Shown here piece after piece: positions 29,030 to 36,608 of a DNA stretch of 64,000 nucleotides (position 1 is the first letter of the stretch; every line of letters begins with the position of its first letter). Source of the stretch: an uncultured Candidatus Actinomarina sp. (GTDB lineage Bacteria > Actinomycetota > Acidimicrobiia > Actinomarinales > Actinomarinaceae); assembly GCA_902565645.1 (NCBI GenBank), contig CACFFJ010000002.1, positions 39,105 through 103,104 on the forward strand. Reading direction: 5' to 3'. The notes below the pieces were generated by a model. The model ran no database searches. It was not told where the DNA came from and worked only from the letters and a program-made list of their open reading frames with translations. The position numbers were made by a program, and so were the translations under genes.

Positions 29030-30448
29030 ATGAAGAGATTACTGGCATTTGTTTTAATTTTTATTGTTTGTGGGGGTGAAAGTGAGTCTTTAAATTCTCC
29101 TGTGACTACAGAGAAAGAAATCACGACCACAACTGAAGTGGAGAAAGAAAAACTTCAAGAAACTGAACCTGATAGTGAAATAATCTCGGCTTTAAAAAAT
29201 GCTTCTGAAGAGGCAAAAAAATGTATAAATGATAGATGGCCAAATGGTGTCGAATCTGTTTTAGGAGGTTATATTCCTGGAGAAAATGAAACTGAGCTAA
29301 TTTATAACTGTCTTGACAGCTCAGGAGATGAGACTTTTGAATTAGAAAAAAAAGGTAGAGACGAACAATGGAGAGCTAGATGGGAAGGAAAATGCGAAGG
29401 AACTGGTCCTGTTATGTTTGCTAATTCGCCTATGAAAATTGAAGAGATAAATGTCCTTTTACCGTATGGACAAATAGTTGGAGGTCATATAACCCCAATT
29501 GACCATATGTACTTTTATTCCTTACCTGTCGGAAGATATACTTATGAAGTACGGGCAATCCAAGATGCTTTTATTTTTAATATAGAAATAAGGGAAGTCT
29601 CTGTTGAGTCTAATCAGACACAAGAGCCTGATTTCAGATTAGATATGGTTCACACATGCACTTTTGGGAGTTATTTTGACTTATTAACAAAATTAAGCCC
29701 TGAACTAGAAAAGAAGTGGGAAGAAAATAGAAATGAAAATGGCGATTTTTTAGGAGCCTATGTTAAAGCAGGAGAATTAATAGGCTATGTTGGTAATCAA
29801 AGTCTTGATTTCGGCGTTTACAACTATGATGAACCTTTATATTTTATAAATCCAGAAGCTTATGAAAGTGTCGAACCGTGGAAAATATATACTCATGATC
29901 CATTTCCTTATTTCCCAGAAAATATAAGAAATCAATTACTCAATAAAATGGTAAGAAAATCTGAACCTCGAGCTGGTCGGATTGATTATGATGTAGATGG
30001 AACTCTATCAGGAAATTGGTTTGAAGTTGGAACAAATTTTTATGAAGGAGTTAATAAAAACAAGTATTTTGAGGGACACTTCTCTTTATCATTGAACGAT
30101 ATCGACCCTAATTATTGGCAAATAGGAATAGGTTTTCTTGATGTATATGAAAACGTTTTTGTAATCCAAGGTAATCCACTGATCCCAACTGAAATCTCAG
30201 TAGATTCTGGGAAACAGATTTATGAATTATATTCTTTTGAAATCTATGTAGAAAATAATCCAAGTAAAAATTGGTTTAGAGAAGCTCATGATGAAAATGA
30301 TATTTTTGGTGTTCGATTGGCAGGCAAGAAAGGTTTTGTAATGCTTGAACTTATAGAGGAACAATTACTGCAACTAGAAGTTTTCTTAAATGTCGAAAAA
30401 GATTCAATAAATGAATTTACAGATAATTCGAGAGTTTATGAAAGATAG
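29030..30448 (+). CDS. secreted protein (possibly a lipoprotein), function unknown; possible degenerate LytM/M23-like region
   Basis: Start taken at MKRLLAFVLIFIVCGGESES (signal peptide); the tracked ORF begins 57 nt upstream. The N-terminal two-Cys module is KKCINDRWPNGVE...YNCLD. The mid-region KAGELIGYVGNQSLDFGV weakly resembles the M23 G-x-IG-x-G-x-TG block but lacks HxH. Confidence 0.45.
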   Translation: MKRLLAFVLIFIVCGGESESLNSPVTTEKEITTTTEVEKEKLQETEPDSEIISALKNASEEAKKCINDRWPNGVESVLGGYIPGENETELIYNCLDSSGDETFELEKKGRDEQWRARWEGKCEGTGPVMFANSPMKIEEINVLLPYGQIVGGHITPIDHMYFYSLPVGRYTYEVRAIQDAFIFNIEIREVSVESNQTQEPDFRLDMVHTCTFGSYFDLLTKLSPELEKKWEENRNENGDFLGAYVKAGELIGYVGNQSLDFGVYNYDEPLYFINPEAYESVEPWKIYTHDPFPYFPENIRNQLLNKMVRKSEPRAGRIDYDVDGTLSGNWFEVGTNFYEGVNKNKYFEGHFSLSLNDIDPNYWQIGIGFLDVYENVFVIQGNPLIPTEISVDSGKQIYELYSFEIYVENNPSKNWFREAHDENDIFGVRLAGKKGFVMLELIEEQLLQLEVFLNVEKDSINEFTDNSRVYER

Positions 30449-30459
30449 TTATTTTATAT

Positions 30460-30870
30460 TTAATTTTTTGAATCTAAATAATCTTTTAAGCCATCTAGAT
30501 CGTCTACAATATTTTTTCCATATTCAAATAACCCCCATACAAAATTATTTATTGGCTTAATAGTGTTGGCTGCAATGCCTACTAGCTCTTTGCCTGCCCC
30601 GTAAGCATACCCTATTTCCGCTGCAGTTCCTGAGTCAACATCTCTTCCTGTTAATAAAGCAACAACTAAGTCTGCTGGAGCCAAATATTCCATATCAATA
30701 TCAAAAACTTTTGATTTTTTTTCAAAGGTGAATTCACCAGTTACAAGTCCTGCATCTCTGTGTGGTAGAAATGTCTCATATGAGTAGCTTTCTAAGATTA
30801 CTGCTATCTCTTCTAAATAGCTTCTTTCATGGTCATCAAACAAAGGACCTGCGATATAAACTTTTTTCAT
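30460..30870 (-). CDS. nucleoside 2-deoxyribosyltransferase-family protein
   Basis: MKKVYIAGPLFDDHERSYLEEIAVILESYSYETFLPHRD matches the NDT-family N-terminus; 136 aa. Confidence 0.7.
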   Translation of the reverse strand: MKKVYIAGPLFDDHERSYLEEIAVILESYSYETFLPHRDAGLVTGEFTFEKKSKVFDIDMEYLAPADLVVALLTGRDVDSGTAAEIGYAYGAGKELVGIAANTIKPINNFVWGLFEYGKNIVDDLDGLKDYLDSKN

Positions 30871-31541
30871 GCTTCCATTCTATTTAGTAATTCTTTAATT
30901 TGTGTAAGTCCTTTGTAATTTAAAACATTTTCAGTCATTGAGTTTATACTTTCTAGGATTCTTTTATCCCAGACTTCAGATAGGGGAAGTACATCAAGCT
31001 TGATGAAAAATAAACTTGTATGTTCGTCAATTGGAGCAGTTGTTTGAGTCTCAACTCTAAAATATAATTTATCAAAATTTGTAATATCCGGCTTTCTATA
31101 TTCAGGAAACTCACTTAATTTACCACTTGTTGTAATTGTCCAGACCCATCTTTGTATACTCTGTTTAACCATATAGTCGGAAAGCTTGTCGCTTGCATTT
31201 ATCAGCTTTTCACTATCAGCAATTGGTTTATGAATGTCCTTAAGATACTTTCCTAATTTTCCCTTAGGTCTCCATCCGCTAGGAAAGCATACAGACACAA
31301 GCTCCATTTTGCCTTTATACATTACAGCAAAATCCTCTTCCAAACTTACACTTGCTTCATGAAGAGAAATGTTTTCATCTAGGTCACAAAAATTTAATAA
31401 CTTAATTAATAAATTTTTATCCTTAGACATTTCTGTTTCTCCGAATAAGCTTTCTCCGTATGTATCTATTTCTTTTTGCTTTTCAATTAAATAGCTACTG
31501 TCAGGTTTTTTATTGAAAACAGGGCCGTCGTATCTATTCAT
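30867..31541 (-). CDS. conserved hypothetical protein (possibly DUF3445-like)
   Basis: Start chosen at the internal ATG 31541 (MNRYDGPVFN...) to avoid overlapping the divergent hydrolase. The CFPSGWRPKGKLGKY block loosely recalls DUF3445, which is uncertain. Confidence 0.35.
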   Translation of the reverse strand: MNRYDGPVFNKKPDSSYLIEKQKEIDTYGESLFGETEMSKDKNLLIKLLNFCDLDENISLHEASVSLEEDFAVMYKGKMELVSVCFPSGWRPKGKLGKYLKDIHKPIADSEKLINASDKLSDYMVKQSIQRWVWTITTSGKLSEFPEYRKPDITNFDKLYFRVETQTTAPIDEHTSLFFIKLDVLPLSEVWDKRILESINSMTENVLNYKGLTQIKELLNRMEA

Positions 31542-31617
31542 TGTTGGATTATTCGTAAATGGAGTTTTAACAAAATCTATATTCATTAATATTAATTTAA
31601 TAGAGAAAAGGGGAACA

Positions 31618-32358
31618 TTGGTAAATAGTAGCATTTTATTATTACACGGACTCTTTGAACACAAAGGAAGACAAGCTATAAATGCAGAATGGTTTGAAAA
31701 ATTAAACATCACTCCATTCTTAATTGATCTACCTGGTCATGGTAAATACGTTGAAAACAAGGGAGATCTCGAATCGTGGGAGCAAAATGATGATGCTGTA
31801 ATCGAAGCATTTAAACAACTTGAAGAGGCAGATCAAAAAATATTATTTGGTCATTCATATGGAGGTCTTTTAGCTACATATGTTGTCTTAAAACAATTGA
31901 TAAAACCAGATTATTTAATTCTTTCAGCACCTCTCTTTGAGGATAATTATCCAAAATTAATTAGAAGTCTTTCAAAACCCATGGCTAAGATTGCACCAAA
32001 ATTTCGAGCTCCTTCACCCGTAACAAAAAGAAACATCTCAACAGATAAAAGTGTCGCTCAAGATTACTTTAAAGATCCTCTGGTGTTTAGAAGTCTTACT
32101 TTTAGATTTGGATATGCAATAACTCAGGCTCAAACTTTTGTAGATGAGAATATAGATAAACTTACTATACCTACAATTGTTTTGCATGGAAAAGGGGATT
32201 CAATAGTTCCAATTTCTGGTTGTAAAAATATTTCTAAGTTAGAAAATGTAACTTTTATTGAAGTTGAAAATTCAAAACATGAAATATTAAATCAAGATAC
32301 TCGACCATTTGTCTTAAGTGAAATACATCAATGGTTAAGAAAGAATAAGCTTGTCTAA
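31618..32358 (+). CDS. alpha/beta-hydrolase (lysophospholipase/monoacylglycerol-lipase-like)
   Basis: LLLHGLFEHKGR (oxyanion HG), GHSYGG nucleophile elbow and catalytic His near the C-terminus (NSKHE). TTG 31618 is preceded by AAAGGGGA; the tracked ORF begins at 31513. Confidence 0.65.
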   Translation: MVNSSILLLHGLFEHKGRQAINAEWFEKLNITPFLIDLPGHGKYVENKGDLESWEQNDDAVIEAFKQLEEADQKILFGHSYGGLLATYVVLKQLIKPDYLILSAPLFEDNYPKLIRSLSKPMAKIAPKFRAPSPVTKRNISTDKSVAQDYFKDPLVFRSLTFRFGYAITQAQTFVDENIDKLTIPTIVLHGKGDSIVPISGCKNISKLENVTFIEVENSKHEILNQDTRPFVLSEIHQWLRKNKLV

Positions 32359-32360
32359 GT

Positions 32361-32394
32361 AAAATTACTTATTGCAATTTGTTTGCAATAAGTA
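32361..32394 (+). terminator. intrinsic terminator-like hairpin (13-bp perfect inverted repeat, 4-nt loop) after the hydrolase gene
   Basis: ttacttattgcaa-tttg-ttgcaataagtaa followed by a T/A-rich tract. Confidence 0.5.
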
Positions 32395-32417
32395 ATAGTT
32401 ATTTTATAATCTCTTTT

Positions 32418-33338
32418 ATGCATGTCCCAGACGGTTTTATTAATGTTCAAGTTTCTGCAGCTACTGGTTTAATCAGTTTTGCAACATTATGGCAATATAT
32501 AAGAAACGCTAAGGACTTAGTTGCTGATAGGTTGATTGCTTTAACAGGTATGATGTCTGCCTTAATATTTGTTTTACAAATGATTAATTTCCCTGTTGCT
32601 GCTGGTACAAGTGGACATTTGCTTGGAGGTGCTTTAGCTGTAGTTGTTTTAGGGCCAAGTCTTGGAATAATCTGCATATCAATAGTAGTAATTATTCAGT
32701 CCCTATTGTTTGCCGATGGAGGCCTCAGTGCTCTAGGAATAAATGTATTAAACATGGCAATTGTTACTTCAACAGTTGGTTGGTTTACAATTTCTACTTG
32801 GAAAAGAATATTTGGAGATGAGAAATTTTCAATTATATCTGGTTCAGTTGTTGCTGGTATTTTATCGGTTATCTTTTCTTCAATAGCTTTCGTACTTGAA
32901 TACGCATTGGGTGGAACTGTTTCTGTTCCGCTTGGAAGTGTTTTGTTAGCAATGATCTCTACACATCTATTAATAGGTATAGGAGAGGGAGTTATAACTG
33001 CATTGATTGTTTCTTTGCTGCTTAGGGTTAGAAGCGATTTAGTTTATATAAAAACCAACGAGCATAAAAATAACAAAGGTTCTTCTGTTTATGGTATATT
33101 TTTATTATTAATTTTAGGATTCACTCTCTTAACTCCATACGCTTCTTCTTCTCCTGATGGGTTAGAGTCAGTTGCAGATAATTTTGGATTTTTAGAATCT
33201 GATGGTTTTGTTTTATTATTAAGCGATTATGGAATATCGAATATAAACAATAATTTTTTATCAACAGTAATTAGTGCTGTTTTTGGAATTGTAGCTGTAA
33301 TTGCTGTTTCTAATTTTGTTTTAAAACTTAAAAAATAG
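32418..33338 (+). CDS. CbiM/NikM-like ECF-type metal transporter substrate-specific component fused to a C-terminal PDGLE domain
   Basis: MHVPDGFINVQ resembles the CbiM/NikM N-terminus (MHIPDG). It has multiple TM helices, and the C-terminal ...SSSPDGLESVADNFGF is a PDGLE-domain signature. No cbiQ/cbiO lies adjacent. Confidence 0.55.
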   Translation: MHVPDGFINVQVSAATGLISFATLWQYIRNAKDLVADRLIALTGMMSALIFVLQMINFPVAAGTSGHLLGGALAVVVLGPSLGIICISIVVIIQSLLFADGGLSALGINVLNMAIVTSTVGWFTISTWKRIFGDEKFSIISGSVVAGILSVIFSSIAFVLEYALGGTVSVPLGSVLLAMISTHLLIGIGEGVITALIVSLLLRVRSDLVYIKTNEHKNNKGSSVYGIFLLLILGFTLLTPYASSSPDGLESVADNFGFLESDGFVLLLSDYGISNINNNFLSTVISAVFGIVAVIAVSNFVLKLKK

Positions 33339-33549
33339 GCTCGACAAGTGGGAAAAAAAAATTAATTTGATTTTGATTTAACTAATAATTCAATATATCT
33401 TAAGAGTAACTTTTTGTGAAGAAAATCTTTTTAGATGATCATTACAAGAAGGGTTAGAGATAACCCTTGAAGCAAGTTAATTCAGGAAACTGAATAAGCG
33501 GAGTATTCAAGGGTTTTCTCATTTTATGCAGTATTAAACTTAGCTATAT

Positions 33550-34128
33550 ATGAAAAGCTACTCTTCACTAAAAAAATTAAATAAAGCATGTATTAAATGC
33601 ACGTCTTGTGACCTTTCAAAGACTAGAAAGAATGTAGTGGTTGGAAAAGGTAATGAAGAGGCTCATATAGTAATAATTGGTGAAGGGCCTGGAGAACAAG
33701 AAGACATTATGGGACTACCTTTTGTTGGAAGGGCTGGCAAAATGCTTGATACTGCGCTTGCCTCTGTTGACATAGATCCTCTTAAAGATTGTTATATAAC
33801 AAATATTGTAAAATGCAGGCCTCCTGATAACAGAAAACCAAATCCTCTTGAAGTTGAAGCCTGTATGCCCTGGTTAAGTGAACAAATTAACTTATTGCGT
33901 CCTAAAATTATTGTTCTTGCTGGATCAACAGCAGTCCAGTCTTTTCTGGGAATAAAAGAACCTATCTCTAAAATAAGAGGTCAATGGATTGAAAAAAATA
34001 ACATAAAGTATATGCCGATATTTCACCCTTCTTATCTTCTTAGAAACCCTTCAAAAGAAAAAGGGAAACCGAAATGGTTAACTTGGCAGGATTTGAAAAA
34101 AGTAAAAAAGGAATTAAGTTCTATCTAA
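33550..34128 (+). CDS. uracil-DNA glycosylase, family 4
   Basis: CTSCDLSKTRKNVVVGKGNEEAHIVIIGEGPGEQED ... GLPFVGRAGKMLD ... HPSYLLRNP are family-4 UDG motifs (4Fe-4S Cys, GEGPG). Confidence 0.8.
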   Translation: MKSYSSLKKLNKACIKCTSCDLSKTRKNVVVGKGNEEAHIVIIGEGPGEQEDIMGLPFVGRAGKMLDTALASVDIDPLKDCYITNIVKCRPPDNRKPNPLEVEACMPWLSEQINLLRPKIIVLAGSTAVQSFLGIKEPISKIRGQWIEKNNIKYMPIFHPSYLLRNPSKEKGKPKWLTWQDLKKVKKELSSI

Positions 34129-35039
34129 TTTGCAAATTCTTCTCTTGTGCTTATTACTAATGATATGAATATAAATATTCCAGAAATAATAATATTTTGA
34201 TTGAACACTTCGTTAAGAAACACTACTCCAGCTGTAACTCCCACTACTGGAACTAAGTAGTCTACTGTTGCCACTAATAATGCGCTTACTCTTTGTATTA
34301 GCCAAGTAAAGGACATAAAAGCTCCTAGGTTGAATACAACCAAAACAGAGAGCCTAAGCTGTTGGCTCGGGTCAAGACTCTCTATCCCAACACCTGAGAT
34401 TAAAAATGCAGCCCAAGATAGTGTTAGGACTAAAGGGTATTGATATGTTAACCAACTGCTCACTTTATATTTTGGAGCATATTTTCTATTTAGCACAGTT
34501 GCAAAAGCAATGCCCTGAACTCCTATGAAGGCTAAAGAGCCTCCGACAAATATGTTGCCCTCCTCTAGTAATCCCGTTTCTCTAGAAATAAATAGATAGG
34601 CAATCCCAGAAAAACCAACTGCTATTGCAATGTACTTAGAGACTGAAATCTTTTCTTCCTTAAGTAATATTTTTAACCACATAACAGTAAAAACAGGGGC
34701 TGAGCTAATCATTAAAGTTACTAAACCTGAAGAAATATATTGGAGAGCGAAAATGAAAGACCAGCTAACAAGAAAAATTGATGAAAAACTTGTTAATGAA
34801 GCTTCTTTAAGTAACTTTTTATCAAATTTTTCTCTATTAAAAAACAATGAGTAAGAAAATAGTAAGGATCCTATTATAGAAACCCTTGCTGTTACAAGAA
34901 AAATTTCATTTACTCCTTCAATTAGTAAGCTCCTTGCAATGACGTTGCTAGAACCCCACATAAATGCAGCGGTAAACAAGCATATAATTGTTTTAACTAT
35001 TGATGGTTTTTCTAATGGTGGGGTAAAAGACTTGCTCAT
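34125..35039 (-). CDS. EamA/DMT-family transporter
   Basis: 304 aa, 10 predicted TM segments, duplicated EamA-like halves. Confidence 0.7.
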   Translation of the reverse strand: MSKSFTPPLEKPSIVKTIICLFTAAFMWGSSNVIARSLLIEGVNEIFLVTARVSIIGSLLFSYSLFFNREKFDKKLLKEASLTSFSSIFLVSWSFIFALQYISSGLVTLMISSAPVFTVMWLKILLKEEKISVSKYIAIAVGFSGIAYLFISRETGLLEEGNIFVGGSLAFIGVQGIAFATVLNRKYAPKYKVSSWLTYQYPLVLTLSWAAFLISGVGIESLDPSQQLRLSVLVVFNLGAFMSFTWLIQRVSALLVATVDYLVPVVGVTAGVVFLNEVFNQNIIISGIFIFISLVISTREEFAN

Positions 35040-35094
35040 TTGGATAGAATAACATTCATATAAAGTAATAAAAATAGATAAGACTTACTAATAT

Positions 35095-35190
35095 ATTGTT
35101 AGCGGGAGCAAAAGCTGAGAGGGTTTCAAACCGACCGTAAGAACCTGTTGGGTAATTCCAACGAAGGGAAATCAGTTCTTGTCCCAAAAA
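35095..35190 (+). promoter_or_regulatory. TPP (THI-box) riboswitch
   Basis: agcgggagcaaaagCUGAGAggguuucaaACCgaccguaaGAACCUGuugGGUAAUuCCaaCGaAGGGAA matches the THI-element consensus (CUGAGA ... ACCUGAUCUGGUUAAUACCAGCGUAGGGAA). It lies 5' of the symporter ATG at 35215. Confidence 0.75.
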
Positions 35191-35214
35191 TATAAGAAGG
35201 GAGAAGCAAGATAA

Positions 35215-36579
35215 ATGAATTCACTTGTGGCTTATTTAGTAATTTTATTAATTCTTTTTTTAATTTATATAAGAACTACCAAAATAGAATCTACTCACAA
35301 AGAATACTTTGTATTAAATAAGTCTGAAAACGTTTTAGGTGTCTCTCTAAGTTTCTATGCGAGCGGAATGGGTTTGTGGGTTCTTACTTCTCCAGCTGAA
35401 GTTGCGTGGTGGGGTTTAGGTTATGATGTGGTTGGGTATGCAATCTCCGCCGCAACGCCTTTTTTATTGCTGTTTTTTCTTGGTCCTAAAATTGCAAACT
35501 TAACTCCTGATGGAGCTACCCTTCCTCAATTTATTCAAACTAGATACGGGAGGAGCGCTCAAATAATCGTCTCTCTAGTAGCAATAATTTATATGAGTGC
35601 TTTCTTGGTTGCTGAATTTGCTTCTATAAATTTTTTGTTCCCTGTAGTCTCAGAAACATCTGGTTTAACTGTAGCAATTTTGATTGGAGTCTTTACTTTT
35701 GGATATATAAGTAAATCTGGTTTCAAAGCATCTTATATAACTGATAAATTTCAAGGTATATCCATAATAGTTTTGCTAGCTATATTGTTTGGATTGTGGT
35801 TTAGTAAAAATTCTTATTCAGAGATTATAGGGTATGCAAAGTTGGGTGGAATAAATACTTTTGAAACCTTTAGTTTAAAGTCTGCTCTTGCGGTTATATT
35901 GGCGGTAACAGCAGCAGAAATATTTTCACAGGGTTATTGGCAAAGAACTTTTTCTGCAAAAAATAGTAAAACCATAAGAAAAGCATCTTTAATTGCTGGA
36001 TTTGGTGCGTTTGCAACAATTCTACTTCTAGGAATTGCAGGAGATGTTGGAGCAGGAAAAGGAATAGAAAATCCGACACTAAGCTTTATACAGCAATTCG
36101 AATTAAATTCTTTTTATTCAGTCTTGCTAATAGGTCTCTGCACTCTTTTAGTTGCTTCAAGCGTCGACACTTTAGAAAATGCGATTTCATCAACAATTTC
36201 TTTAGATCTTATTAAAAAAGGTGCAAGAGAAGCAAAATACATAACTCTTGGAATAGTGGTTTTAGCAATATATGCTTCAACGAAAGTTCTAAACATTTTT
36301 TCTGTTTTTCTTTTAGCGGATTTATTAGCTACATGTTTAGTTTTTCCAGCGTTTTATAAAATAAGGCATAAATCAAAAGACAGTTTTTTGATTATACCCT
36401 TTATGTTTTCTTTAGTTTCTGTCTTTGTTTACAGGTATCTGTTTGTCGACCTTGTTTCTAACCCTGGCGGAATTTTTATACCAACTGACCTATATGGATT
36501 AGCTGATTTAAATACTTTCATTGTTGGCCTATTTAGTTCTATATTTATTACATTTGCATACAACTATTTTGCAAAATAG
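35215..36579 (+). CDS. sodium:solute symporter (SSS)-family transporter under TPP-riboswitch control (ThiV-like candidate thiamine-precursor transporter)
   Basis: 454 aa, ~13 TM; SSS-like N-terminal region (GVSLSFYASGMGLWVLTSPAEVAWWG). The genomic context of the riboswitch suggests a thiamine/HMP substrate. Confidence 0.65.
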   Translation: MNSLVAYLVILLILFLIYIRTTKIESTHKEYFVLNKSENVLGVSLSFYASGMGLWVLTSPAEVAWWGLGYDVVGYAISAATPFLLLFFLGPKIANLTPDGATLPQFIQTRYGRSAQIIVSLVAIIYMSAFLVAEFASINFLFPVVSETSGLTVAILIGVFTFGYISKSGFKASYITDKFQGISIIVLLAILFGLWFSKNSYSEIIGYAKLGGINTFETFSLKSALAVILAVTAAEIFSQGYWQRTFSAKNSKTIRKASLIAGFGAFATILLLGIAGDVGAGKGIENPTLSFIQQFELNSFYSVLLIGLCTLLVASSVDTLENAISSTISLDLIKKGAREAKYITLGIVVLAIYASTKVLNIFSVFLLADLLATCLVFPAFYKIRHKSKDSFLIIPFMFSLVSVFVYRYLFVDLVSNPGGIFIPTDLYGLADLNTFIVGLFSSIFITFAYNYFAK

Positions 36580-36608
36580 AATTATTTTTAATAGAACTAG
36601 GATAAACT

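Noticed and set aside
31513-31617. The upstream part of the hydrolase ORF, and the first 57 codons of ORF 30867-31712, which overlap each other divergently
   Set aside because: Divergent genes need promoter space. Internal starts (ATG 31541 on the minus strand; TTG 31618 with a strong AAAGGGGA RBS on the plus strand) remove the overlap and begin at conserved sequence.
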